The position numbers were made by a program, and so were the translations under genes. Source: Amoebidium appalachense (Eukaryota; Protista; Ichthyosporea). Taken from it: a stretch of DNA of 64,000 bases. Of this stretch, positions 35,351 through 57,028 are shown piece after piece; within the stretch, counting starts at the first letter, position 1; each line of letters starts with the position of its first letter. A model generated the notes under the pieces. It saw only the letters and a program-made list of their open reading frames with translations. It had not been told where the DNA came from and did no database searches. Where the stretch lies: contig CAVNZM010000013.1 of the NCBI GenBank assembly GCA_963693365.1, forward strand, positions 2,195,817 to 2,259,816, given 5' to 3'.

Positions 35351-36619
35351 TGGTCTTTGTGATCTAGGGGTTTTGGCCACTTGTGAAATATTTTCATTTG
35401 TTGATGTGCCGCAAAAATTCCATTTTGGTAGATTTCATGGATTTGATAGGTTCTAAGTCATTTCTTCATATTTCCATAGGCAAAAATGTGGGCCGCGCTA
35501 TATAATGAGCTTGCGCGGCCCCAGGGAGGTCAGTTGCGTCGCTACTGAGCGCGTTTAGGTCTCTTTAGGCCCAATTGTTTAGCTAAGTTTTTGCCCCCCC
35601 ACCACACCCTTTGCCTATTTAGGCACTAGGCTACGTTTTTTGAGCATGTTTCTGTATGACATTTGTCATTCTTTTCATTGCTCCTGTGGAGCACACCTGT
35701 GCCTGCTTGTGAGATTGATTCACAGGCACCGGCTCATGTATCCCCTTGCTGGGGCTGGTAAAGACGACGTTGGCATAAGAATTAATATTAAACTGAAAGA
35801 GAACACCGCACAGCGCAGTTCCACAAACATGAATGGTCTTGATAATGGATCCAACATGAAAAGAACCACAGGTTGGACCACCTACTATCTGCAGCAGATG
35901 GGGCACCGGCTATACAACTGCACTGCCAGTGGAGCCGGGATAACAGTCCACGAAAATGTACGCACAAAAGTACTCCGAAGGGGAAGACGTTACAGAAGAC
36001 GACTTGCCTTTTGGAATCAAACCTTCAGAGGAATACAGTCATAGATGTACTTCTCGCCAGAGTAACTAACTCACCGCACATTTACATTTGCAGTACATGT
36101 AAGCAGTTACCAGCATGCATTTACATATAATATATATATTCTTTTGCGAGCCTTTCTGGGTTGACTACACATGTCCACAGACAGAGTAAAGGTGTTCCGA
36201 GCTCAACACCTATGACACTAGAGGACACGGGTCACCACAGACGGTGGCTTTAAAATAGATATCCATAAAGTCTATTGGAGATATACATCATGATGGCAAC
36301 CTGAATGGCACGCTGAAAGTATGGTCACGTGTTACGGTGACACACTCCCTCTTCCCCTTCTCATTGGCATTTCTCCCGAGATCTAGCCAGACACTTTCAA
36401 TTTGCATGTACAAATACTTCTGCCAATTCCTTCAGTTACACACATTTCGAGTAAAGGTGTGTCGAGACGTCACACTTAGGACAGGGCTCGCAAAAACGGA
36501 TCGTCAAAAAAAAAAAATAACCATAAAGTATATGGAGATATATATGCGGCAATCGAAATGCCCCGCTATAAGTGTGGTCACGTGTTAGACTCAACCTCTT
36601 TCCCTCTCTCCTCTCTCTC

Positions 36620-36658
<39 letters not shown>

Positions 36659-38629
36659 TCCCCCCCCCCCCCCCCCCTCCCGCGGATGACAGACATCTTG
36701 TGCTGAGCCGAAGATCCCGAGACAAGAACAATGCCTTTGATTCCCAAAACCTACTTGCGAGGCAATGTTCAGGCCTCTGATTGGTTACGCATTAGCTTAG
36801 CCTAATACTTGTTGATATCTCAAGGCACATTTCCAATATGCTCAGATTGCAAATAGCAATTACTTCATAGAGTCTCAAATAGGTCTAATTTAGATCTCGT
36901 TAATTCATTCATGTGAATATTCTAAGTCGTTCTGCTCCCGAAGATTCAGGACGCCATGACCTGAGGTGATTTAGCGAACATATATGAATACAATGTATAG
37001 TTTAACTTCAAGGCTTCATAAATACCTAACCTGTAACTGCAACTAGTAGTAGTACCTTTATGCGGCTTATTTATGTTACATACTATGCTCTTGGCTGCTG
37101 GTTCTTCTAAGTGGTAGATGATATCATGTTATTTTGTGGTCCGAGGCTCACAGGTACTACTGAGAAAGGTGTGCACTTGAGCTCAGTAGCTCAGTAAGCA
37201 GGTCAGTCAGCACCGCCGCCCGGCCAGCTCTCAACACATCAAAAAGCCCTGCCAGCTAAGCTATCTACAAGTGCCGTCTACATCAAGTTGCCACCTCAAC
37301 ACTTCAAGTAGACGTAAGGGTTGCATCTACAGCTTGGCAAGACCAAGGCTACACCTGCTACATGACTGACTGCTGCTGCTGCTGCTGCTGCTGCTACAAT
37401 ATACTCTTTACACTATCTAGATCTGCATTTAAGGAGACTTCAAAGTTGCGGGATGGGTTTTCCCTTAAAAATGGGGGGATAAAATAAATGATCAGATCGT
37501 TCAAATTCAAGCCTGTTGGTCGACTTAAATTTGCGGATTTGGTCCTTATCTCCGACTATCAAATTTTCAACGCTATTTTCTCAGACAATGAGCTCGGCAC
37601 ATACCTGGCCCGGGGGAGAAAATGAAATTCTACTAATAAAAACTAGGGGCCCCTAATTCTTTATTTTGGAAAGGCGGTGTCATTTTGAAAAAATTGGTAC
37701 CCTCTGAAGTGCAGTCTGGTAGAGCGAGATTTTTCCATGAGATGCCACCTGTCCAACTTAACTAATTACCCCTGACTTTGTAATTGATTTTTGAAACCTT
37801 CCACGATATGTGCGCTAAATCTTCAACAATCGACAATGGGTTTATGTTGGGAGTTGAACTCTCGGGCCTACCCTAGTAGGCTTCCGGTCTCGATTGACCA
37901 GCTGGATCAATTTTGGAACTTGGTTGATCTTGATCTGATGGCACCCCCAATATTAAGCGAAAATCAATCCCCATGTTACCTAAACATGTGGTTTACGGTA
38001 CAGACTTTCACAAAGCACCGAGACCAGTATTAATGTAGCATACTAGTTTAGCTATATAAATTTATAAACAATAATATTCACTCTCTCATAATGTCGTGTC
38101 ATGTATATTATAATCATCGGAACAGGCCAGAACAAATGCCGGTATTGTCCAACCATGTGCAGAACCTTTATTTAACATGTACCTTTGTGTCATGTAATCT
38201 GCCGACTCGGAGGCAAACCTTTGCTATGAGCTGAATAAGTACCAACTTGAAGTACTGATCGGCTTGGTCCACCCATGTTTTTCACTCTGGATTATCATGA
38301 CATTGATTTATCAGCCGGGAGCACAAGGAACGTGTCGTCACACTCCCTTAAATATCATATAATGATGACTGCGCACACACGTTCAAGTTATTGACATGCT
38401 TCCACACACTTAACGTTAACTATTGCGCCCCATTGCTGCCTTCCTCCTCGGCGGTCCAGTAGCACCAGTAGTAGTTGTGCATATTTGTATGACTCATGGG
38501 ATTGCGGCCACCCCTCACTGTCAGTATTAGTTGGTAAATCTTTGGTCCACACATCATAAAACTACATGTACATATGTGGGATATTATCCAGATATTCATA
38601 GTTACGTGGCTTGCTGCTTTGTGCTACAA

Positions 38630-38895
38630 CCGAATTTTCGCAAGTCCCCACTGAGCACACAAACCAATGGAGCGGTAGAGCGATTTATGTCTGAAGCTGC
38701 CCATCTTAGTAAAACCGCAGCTAACAAAAATGCACGTGAACCAACAGAACTCGAGAGGGTGGTGTTTAAGGAAGTCACCCACCAACCACAGTCTGCCTAC
38801 CGCACTTAGACCAAAATGGGATGGCCCATACCGGGTCCTCCGGCGGGGCGCTACTGACGACCCCATGTCCTACAAAATTCAGCGGGTTGGATCCA
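38630..38895 (+). pseudogene. Gypsy/Ginger-type integrase relic
   Basis: QTNGAVERF (rve helix carrying the catalytic E) and LRPKWDGPYRV (GPY/F motif) in different frames. Confidence 0.6.
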
Positions 38896-41392
38896 CACTG
38901 ATGTGGGCCAGTGATTCCGGGAAGGCTGATCTCGTAATGGGCCATTTTGCCTCGCTCATTAAAGTTTTCTTTTCCTATGCGAGTTCGTTTTTCTTGAGAA
39001 AAACTCTTAAAGATTGTAACATTATTACAGAAATAAATCTAAACTTTTTCGTACACTTACATTTTTGTTTTGGGGCACTTTCTTGTTTTGTTTTTTCCAT
39101 CATCTCGAGGTCTACTCTGTGATACACGATCTACAGTTTAAGTAGAGCGACGGTAACTTTCGTTAATCTCAATACCATGAGTATAATAAGCACAAGCACA
39201 GCCCAATAAGAAAAACTGGCCCGGTCGGAACTATGAGCCAGGCAATATATATATTTAATTTAAAACAATCACTAATTGGTTGTTCTGCCCATTAACGACG
39301 TTTAAAATCAAACCTGCCAAGATGGTTAGGTGGTGGCACGTGCGTAACGGAACTGGCTTTTTTAAACCATGGCCCATGTTGCGAAGCAGAGGAATTGGTG
39401 TAGGGACCTCAACGTTACCCGTTAATGCTCCAGGGATTTGTGTAAAAAAGGGATATGATTGGTCACTTCTAAATCTTGGAAGCAACATTCTATTTTGCCA
39501 CGTTGCTTTTATCGGTTTTTTTTTAACAGCATTCCACCCGGATGCACCCGCATTCCACCCAAAACGACGAGGGGTGTTACGGACCCCTACATTCAACCCA
39601 GATCGATGGCATGCCGGGTGGAATGCGGTATGTGAAAAAGACGGATTTGGTTTACATGATAAACAGCCAATCGCTAAACGTATAGACACTTTTAAACATT
39701 CCTGGAATAGATCTACCCAATCGCAATGCTAATTAGGTGATAACGAGAATAAGCTTAACAGCCATAAGCCAATCGATTCGGCAGGAACCGACCCTGACTA
39801 GTACCGAAGTCCGTTTATTGGCTTTGAGCCAATCACACCAATGCATAAACATGGACCAATCAACCCCATCGGAGTATACTTTTGGTTGGACAAAACTTTG
39901 TATGACATAAAAAACGCACACCACCACCTGGCATGATTTTCGCAAGTGGCCAAAATCTTACAGGTAGTGGTAGAAAAAATATTCCAGAATTCATGGCATA
40001 TCATACTTTCTTACACCACCACCTGAACCGTTCGCAACGTCCGCCTGGCAACGAACGGCTGCGAGCTGTGCAGCTCTCCCAGTCAAGCCAGCACAGTTGA
40101 TAATAGGAAGAAGAAATTTTGATTCCATGCAAACCAATCGGGTGAAACTATTTCATTTTGTCCCTTTTAACAAGAAAAGATGAAAAAGAACTTCTGTGAG
40201 GCAATATATATGCATCTGAATTTATTTTCAACTTGCTACTTCTGCTAAAAAAAGAGTCTGTAATTTACGTACGGTATACCCCTGCTTTCCCTTTCAACCA
40301 ATCTGATGTTCTCGGGCGGGTCAGCAAATGCAGCGACACCGTCATCTCAGTTTCGCTCACACAAGAGTGGCTCATGATAACAAATTACTTTCTGATTGGT
40401 TGGATTCTACAATTGAATGATACAGTCGAACTCCAAATCAATCAGCGATCGTAACACAAATGCATGATCTTTTAGTCTGACCCCACCCGAGAACTTTAAG
40501 AATAGCTTTCCCGGAATCATTTGGCCCACATCAGTGTGATCAACGGACACAGTCAGGGGGCACAGACACATACATAGCTTCACACATCCCTAGACTCTGA
40601 GCCGTATTTCCCTCGTCCCAACGTTGATTTGACGGCAACCCAGACCCACCTTCAAAGTGGCAAAAATTATTGCCCACAAATCTGACTCGGCAACTGCCCA
40701 GGCTCTTGAGCCCTTTACAGAGTCAGGAAAGGGTACACACATAAGGATGACACCTGGGAGCCTCACCGGGCCGGCCTGCAAGCCTTGAGACACAGCAGCA
40801 CGAGCACTCACAGACGGTATACCTTACACGCCCTGACAGCCAGCCCCCAATCAAGAAAACACCAACGTTGCTTACTCACCTCAGTCTGGTGGTTTACCGT
40901 GTCCAGACTGTACTACCAGGATCCGTGCCCGAGAAGGGAAGGAGAATAACATCTGTACACGCGGCCCTCGTACATGTATACTATCACGAATACACGGTAC
41001 ATATCATAGTAATCACGTAGATATTGTGTATATAGGGACAGATGGCCAGCCTCGATATCATAAGTGACCGCCAGCTGCAGCGGGCTGCGGCTCACGACTG
41101 AGCCGCGGCAGAACTCAGAGGTTGTGTAGTCGATACGAACCAATAGGAATCTTAGAATCTGCTAGGATATAAATCACTAAGAAGGCAAGATTTTTAGTTA
41201 AGCGGACAGAGCTACTGAATAGGAAGCCAGACCCAGTTAGTTGAAAATTTATGTACAGAAAAAAAAAAAAAAAAAAAAAAAGCCTCAGTGTATCAATGAC
41301 ATTTGTTTTTGAAGTTACTCTTTTACTAAGGCTTTTAGTTGGCTTCCTGTTATTGATGTACTGTGCACACAAAAACGAGCGCGACATAAGAA

Positions 41393-41665
41393 TGATCAGA
41401 AGTCACGAAGGCATCAATGCCAACCGCGCTGGCCGCGGATCAAGGGATCCAGATGGTCTGAAACAGTGTGTGTCTTTATAAAACATGCCGTCCCAGTACG
41501 GGAGATCACTCTGAACGAGCACATTAAAAGTATCCTGGCCGCGAATCTGCTCTTTTGGCCCTGTTCTGCGGCCAGGCCGTCTTTTTTTCAGATGTGTGCC
41601 CTGAAGTGCCCGTTCTGTGTGTCTATAATTTGATTCAGTTGTTCTCGTCCTTATCCCAACTAGTG
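41393..41665 (+). repeat. Dispersed repeat family D, copy 2
   Basis: Diverged match to 21885-22103. Confidence 0.75.
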
Positions 41666-41867
41666 CAACTGTTTACAGGATTTCACAAGCCATGAGCGCC
41701 AATGGTGGGTGATGTGTTATGGCGTGATATCACGGCCAGCCCACCTCCCACCAAAACCCGACCGTGCTCAAGCTGATATTATGGTGTTATCACACTGGCC
41801 AGTCAGTGATAAAGTAGTGATATCACGGTGATTTCGGCAACACCACCAGACCCAGTCATCAGCATTG

Positions 41868-41995
41868 CTGCAGCCAATCAGACGGCAACCATTCAAATTT
41901 ATTGCAGCCAATCAGAACCAGCCATTCAAACTTGCTGAAGCCAATCAGAGCCAGTCATTCAAATCTAATGCAGCCAATCACAACCAGCCAATCTA
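41868..41995. repeat. ~33-bp tandem repeat (about 4 units), each with agccaatca
   Basis: gcagccaatcag...cattcaaa repeated. Confidence 0.75.
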
Positions 41996-42043
41996 ATCAC
42001 CTATCTGCTAGGGCATTCATGCTCATAGATCCACCATCCCCCC

Positions 42044-44353
42044 TCAGAAGATGACTGTTCTGTTGCCGGAGATAAAGACCCTCTCCTCCAGCACCATCTT
42101 CAATGCCCTTGCCAGCACTATCTTCTCCACATCGCGCCCTGTGGAGGCCATCTCCTGCCACGACCACTCGTGGTCCACCGGCAGCACATCCTGCCCACCA
42201 GTCAGTCAGTCTTAGCAAATACATGGGCCTGGGTTTGGCAGCCAACCCACTCACCATTGGCTACACCCAGCCCCTTCCAACCATCCATCACCCAGCCAAG
42301 TGAGGGCATGTCAAAGGCGCTGCCATGCCATGGACATTGGCACACACACACACACACATCCATGCCCCCCACCAAACCAATAGCATGCACACACCCCATG
42401 GCATGCACATCTCCTGCCCGGCATGTGCCAGCACTACCTTCAGCCATTTGTGGGCACCTGCCCATGGCCCTGACAGTCCACTCACAAGACACTTGCATGA
42501 ACAGCATGGACTGTAGCAGCCCCCCTAGCCTCCTCCACCCTCCCCAAAGGCACATACACACAACCGTCCCTTTCCCCCCCCTCCCCCAGGTACATAGTCA
42601 AACTGCCATTCATACAGCGCCGCAAGCACCACATTACAATAACACCTTTTTATGACCACGGGTCGACACATGACACCCTACTATACGACCTACACCAGTA
42701 TCCTCGTTTGGTGCACCCCCTCCTCCCCCCCCCCCCCCCCCCCCCAGTTGCAAATCAATCCCCCCCCCCACCCTCCCTAGGATCAAACTACCCATCTCCC
42801 CGTTCCCTCCCTCCAAGTGCTACACTCCCTGCGCCCACCTGGTAGATGATTGGGCCCTCGTCCAGGTTGTCTGTGACGTAGTGGGAGGTGGCCCCGATGA
42901 TCTTCACCCCTCTGTTCCACGCCTGCCTGCGTGTTAAGTCAGAACCGTGCACCCATGCCACACCCCCCAACAGACAGAGCACACAGACTAGAGCCAGCCA
43001 GTTGCACCCAAGGATCAACCATCAACAGCACCCACTAGGAGCCCCCACCCCGCAGGCACCCCACCCCACACTCCCCTGCCATTCCACCTTTCTGCACTAC
43101 CTTACCACCCCACCCTGCCTGTGTGCCCCTCTATGCCTGCCTGTGTGCCCCTCTATGCCTGTGCCCACCACTACCCGTACATAGCATGTGTGTGTGCCTA
43201 CTTGTATGGGTTTGCGCCGATGAATGCGGGCAGGAATGAGTGGTGGATGTTGATGATGCGGCTGGGGTATGCGGCCACAAATTTGGGGCTGAGGATGCGC
43301 ATGTACTTGGCCAGTACCAGATAGTCTGGCTGGTACTGCCCCACCTGCTCAAGCACCTGCTCCCCAACCAGTCAGCACCCCTTCCTCGTCCCCCCCTCCC
43401 CGCACCCCCCTATCATGCAGGCACACACCAGCTACCAGCCAGCCAGCCCCCCCCCCCCCCCCCCCCCTTCATGCAGGCACACACCAGGTACCAACCAGCC
43501 CCCACCAGTCCCACCCCACTCCCCTGTGTCTCAGGCAGGCACACACCAGCTACCAGCGGCCCCCCCACCCCCCCTTCCCCTTCTGATGCAGGCACACATC
43601 AGCTACCAGCCCCAACCCCCCCCTCCCCCCCCCTCAGCTCCCCTCCTCCCCCTCACCCCCCCTCATGCAGGCACACATCAGCTACGAGCCAGCCCCCCCC
43701 CCTCCCCCTCCCCCCCCTCCCCGCACCACCTTCGAGCAGGCACACACCAGCTACCAGTCAACCCCCTCCCCCTCTCGCCTCAACCCTCCCCCCCCCCCCC
43801 CCCCCCCACACACACACAAATACACACTTGCCTCCCCTCAAACATTAAAAACCAGTCACAATCAGCCCATCCTTAACACACACCCACACCCAATCACACA
43901 CGACCCGTCAGGAGGTCACACACAGGCTACCAGTCATTCTCCCCCTTACCCCCCCCCCCCCCCTCCCCCCTCCCCCCCCCCACACACCCACAGCCACACC
44001 CACACCCACATGCACCCGTACACACACACAGCCATACGAACACCAAGCCCCCCCCCTACCCTCCCACACCCCCACACAGGCACGCACCAACTCCTCGTGC
44101 CTCTCTCTGCTCACACCGTTGTGGTCGACGAAGTGGAAGGGCACGTTGAACTTCTCCACCAGCGGCCGCAGTGTGTCGTGGTTGGCCACCACAGCCACTA
44201 TGTCGGCCAGCAGGTCTCCACTCAGGTGGCGGATAAGCAGGTCACCAAGCACGTGCATCTCCTTGGTGGCAAGCAGCACCAGCCGTTTCTTGACAAGCCG
44301 CTTGAGCTCCACTATGGCACCGGCAGGCAGAACGGCACGGATCTGATAAGGGT

Positions 44354-44394
<41 letters not shown>

Positions 44395-45170
44395 TTGTCT
44401 GCGTGTGTGTGTGTACAGGGCTATGTGCGTGAGTGTAAAGGCGAGGAAGTGTGTGTTTGTGTGGGGTATGTTTGTGTGTATATGTGTGTATGTGTGTGTG
44501 AACACGCTGGTGTGTCCGTGTGTGTACGCTTGTGCTTGCGCACGCAAATGTGTGCGTGCGTGCGCGCGTGCCTGCGTGTGTGCGTGTGCGTGTGCGTGTG
44601 CGTGTGCGTGTGCGTGTGTGTATGTGTGTGTGTGGGGTCGGGTGCGTAACTTAGGTGTGAGCAAGCGATGGCTGTGTAGTGAGGGACCCCTAAGGGGAGG
44701 TTGTATGTCAAGTAAAGACACGATGCAGCTACCGCTGTAACCCAACCTCGTTCCCTTGGCGGCAGAGCAAAAAAAAACCCACTGCGCAGAAGCCCTTGGC
44801 CCTTTCAAAGCAGGCCGTGTGTGTTCTGTGCGTGCCAGGCCCCAGCACCAACACAGCCGCCAGCCTCCCAGCAACCCGTTCTCCGAGCAGCAGCACTCAC
44901 GGCCCACCCTTTAGCCCAGTACACCCTCCCAGCAGGCCTTATCCAGCCACGTGCACATGCGCTCACCTCCTGCTCAAACTTCTCCTCGTCCACCTCGCCT
45001 GCCAGGCCTGCCCTGTAGTAGAACTCGTTCTTGTTTGTGTCCACAAACTCGTCGTTGCTTATAATGTTGAGGTCGTGCCGGTAGCTGACCCCGGTCAGCT
45101 TGTGGATCAGTCCCTTTTCGTCCGCACACTGCACGCGCAGCACATGTGTCTCTGCGTCCTTGCCCGACAT
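42044..45170 (-). CDS. purU: Formyltetrahydrofolate deformylase, 5 exons, 282 aa
   Basis: Exons 45170-44967, 44342-44088, 43356-43202, 42926-42839 and 42190-42044 splice in frame at GT-AG. ACT domain plus [53 protein letters not shown]...[12 protein letters not shown]. Confidence 0.95.
43410..43760. repeat. Intronic repeat: about 6 copies of catgcaggcacacaccagctaccag separated by C tracts
   Basis: Seen directly, in purU intron 2. Confidence 0.8.
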
Positions 45171-46089
45171 GGTGCAATGTGGTGGCGAGAACGGTGGAAG
45201 AGGGGAGGAAAAAGGAGGCCTCTTAGTGAAAAACCGGCAGGCAGAGAAACAGCAAGTGCACCGCCACGTTGAGCAAGTCCAAAAAAATTTATGCGGGGGA
45301 CTCCCCTAGTGGGGCAAATGGTGTTGGAAGTTTTGGCTTTTCGGAATCCCTAAAAACGTTAAAATTCTTTCATATCTTGTAATTCTCTAATTTCCCCGTA
45401 AAAAGGAAGCAAACGAGACCAAAAAACTAATCATTTCCATCTTATTTCAACCGGGGCTTACAAACTGGCTCATATCTCTACACCTGTAGCGGCGGTTGCT
45501 GGGAGAATCTAAGCTCCTTGCACCGGAATTTTGAAAAATATAAATATAAAGTGATAACTTACATGGCGTTTAGGGGATTGAGCGCTGGGCCTGAGCCAGC
45601 CATTGACCTTGCGCAGGCATTCGCCATCCATGATTTGTAGCTAATGGCAGGTCCAATCATTGTGGGTACTAGGCAGGGTGTGAAATTCCTGGTTTTCAGG
45701 GTGCGCAATTTCATATGACACCAGCTGTCATCAAGTAATGACAAACCAAAAACCATAAGGCTACAAATCGCTATGCATGATTTATACACATGTTGTGGCA
45801 AATATTTTTTTTGTCCCCCCCACCTCCCCCCGTGTGCATGTACACATTGCAAGTACACAAGTCGATACTTTCGACTCGGATGGCTGGTGGTAGTGGCGTA
45901 TACGTAGCAGTGTTTTTTGTTTACATGCTCATGCCTGGTACTGGTGGCAGCTGCGTGGGCCGCAGCGCACTCATAAACCGTGACCTCAGAATAATTCACG
46001 GTGTGACTGCGGCCAAATTATGTGGCGGTGCTAACTAATACTCTGACCTAGCGCTAGCACTGCGCATGCAGGGCAGACACCTGCACACG

Positions 46090-46164
<75 letters not shown>

Positions 46165-46517
46165 ATGTGTGTGTGCACACATACGCACGTGGACAGTGTC
46201 ACACTACACAAGGCTGCAAATACACACGCCACGGCAGTTAGTCCGCAGACACAAAATATTGCCCGCTTTAATAGCTATTAATATCAGACACATACTTGGA
46301 TTTCTTTGCACTGCTTTGAGCACAGTCACTGCAGCTGTGGCCATCGAGGGTGGCAGTCCCAACTACTTTCAGCTCCAAAGAAGTGTTCAACGTGTGAATT
46401 AAATGGGGAGGCCCTTCAGGGGGGGGGGGGGGGGGGGGGGGGAGAGGTATATGTTGGAAACTTGGAAATTTCTCTGGACTAAATCCCCCCCCCCCTCCCC
46501 CGCGTCTCACACAGACA

Positions 46518-46571
<54 letters not shown>

Positions 46572-47011
46572 GACAAACAACACATACACACGCACACACA
46601 CACACAGCTCATACAAGAATAAATACACCAAGAAGTGGCTGTTCGAATTATTTCCGACTCCACCCGGTCTAGCGCTCAAAATCACATATCTCAGGATTTA
46701 TTTGCCCCCAGGGCGCTAGCATGCACATAGATACCGTCAGCCAACAAGAATCCCCCCACGATGTGGTTGCTGGCCCTACATGCTCTGAAACTTGGGCAGC
46801 CGCAGTCATATTGAAACTAATGGTCCCGGGAGGAGGAGGAGGAGGAGGGGGTGGGGGTGGGTGGGGAGGTATGCATGACCCAGCATAGTAATTCTGTCAG
46901 TCGGCCAATAAGAACATCCCAAAGTGCGGCTGCCCAGCATGTCCATTACGTCGGCTTGGCTGCCAGCATGGTCTTGCTGCCATATGGTCTTGACATACAC
47001 CTTTTAACCCA

Positions 47012-55642
<8,631 letters not shown>

Positions 55643-55840
55643 GGCTACCAATTTTTAGTCGCATCTATAACGCCCATACCTAAGCAGTGACCAGGCTGTG
55701 CCGAAATTTGAACCTCTGAACACAGGGCCGTGGCTGCAGGATGACCACAGTGCAATGATTGCGCCTCAATGGGCATTTACATTCACGGCGCCTGCGAACT
55801 GCTGGCAGACTCCGCAACAGCTGCGACGGACTCCGCGGAG

Positions 55841-55949
55841 TTTACATGTACCTGCTAAGAGCGTTAGGTGTTAGAGTGTTGGCGAGACATGGGGTTACAT
55901 GTAGTTGCTAAGAGCGTTAGGTGTTAGAGTATTGGCGAGACTGGGGGTT
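55841..55949. repeat. ~53-bp tandem duplication upstream of CDK11
   Basis: ttacatgta..tgctaagagcgttaggtgttagagtRttggcgagac occurs twice. Confidence 0.85.
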
Positions 55950-56995
55950 TGGAACTAGCACGGGGCGCATGCTCTGTGTGGGCACTGGCTGTGGCCGCTG
56001 TATGCACTAGCCACCAAGGGATCCGGCGGAACAGGTGAAAATTGGTTGCACGTCTACGTTTGTGTGTGCTTGCATTGCATCCCGCGCGCTTAGTTCGTAC
56101 CGCCTTTGTGTGCTGTGGTTGACGGTGCCAGCCTGGACACCTGTGGCCGGCCCACGGGTGCTTGGTGTGTGTCCCCGCGCTTGGCTGCTGGCGCACTAAC
56201 AGGGCACACTGGCGGACTGCTTTTGTTTTCCTGCACGGCCGGTTTTAGTCTTATTCTCGTTCAGCTTGTTGTTATCCTAGCCTACGAGGCAGGTGGTGTG
56301 CTTGCCGCCCGCCAAGCGTGTATAGGTCTCACAACATGGTACGGCTCGACTATTTGTGTTTAATCTGCAAATGTCGCAATTTCTAGAACCCTCGCCCCTG
56401 CTTCTGTGCCCATGTGTGCACCCGGAGCACCCAGCCGGGTGGAACACATGACCACCGTGCTTGGTGTGTAAGTTCTACGTTTTGTTTATGGGTTTGTCCG
56501 GCCCGGGGTATCGTGGTTTGTTTGTGTAATGTTCGTTACAAGACACAAAGCTTTCCTGCTTCCCACTTCCCAGTATAGTTTGCTCTGTGCTATGATCAGA
56601 ATGTTGGTTTCCTGTTTGTGCTGCAAGAACCTTTTCCTTCTTTCCTCGACGTTTTTTCTTGCATGGCTGAAGGCTGGCCCACAGGCATACACTCGTTCTT
56701 ACATAGTTGCTTCTCCCGTTTTTTTTTTCTGCGGTGAAGATCGGTCTCCTCCCATATGCTTATTTTGCTCAGGCATATGCACCTTGTTTTAACACGGCGC
56801 TGGGAGCAGGTCCTTTTTACACCCATCAATGTGCCCTTGTTGCTTGCATTCTTCAGGAGTTTCTTGCCCTTGTGCTCTTATGAAACAGAACCACCTCCTG
56901 AGTCCGTACCACACCCTCCGTTCCATGTGCTTGGTAACTGGGATTACGTTATTTTCTTTTTCTTTTTATTTATTTATTTATTTATTTATTATTTT

Positions 56996-57028
<33 letters not shown>

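Larger units (their letters stand above)
29614..35781 (+). mobile_element. Family A degenerate full-length copy (A1-gag-pol-YR-B1-A2-spacer-B2) with two nested insertions
   Basis: All parts are in order, with stops, frameshifts and deletions. B1-A2 junction cataagaatattag at ~34391. End cataag-AA at 35779-35781. Confidence 0.92.

Noticed and set aside
39529-39627. Inverted repeat gcattccacccgg...ccgggtggaatgc, and the hairpin at ~41088-41107
   Set aside because: Real, but no TSD, Helitron CTRR end or second copy to assign a function.
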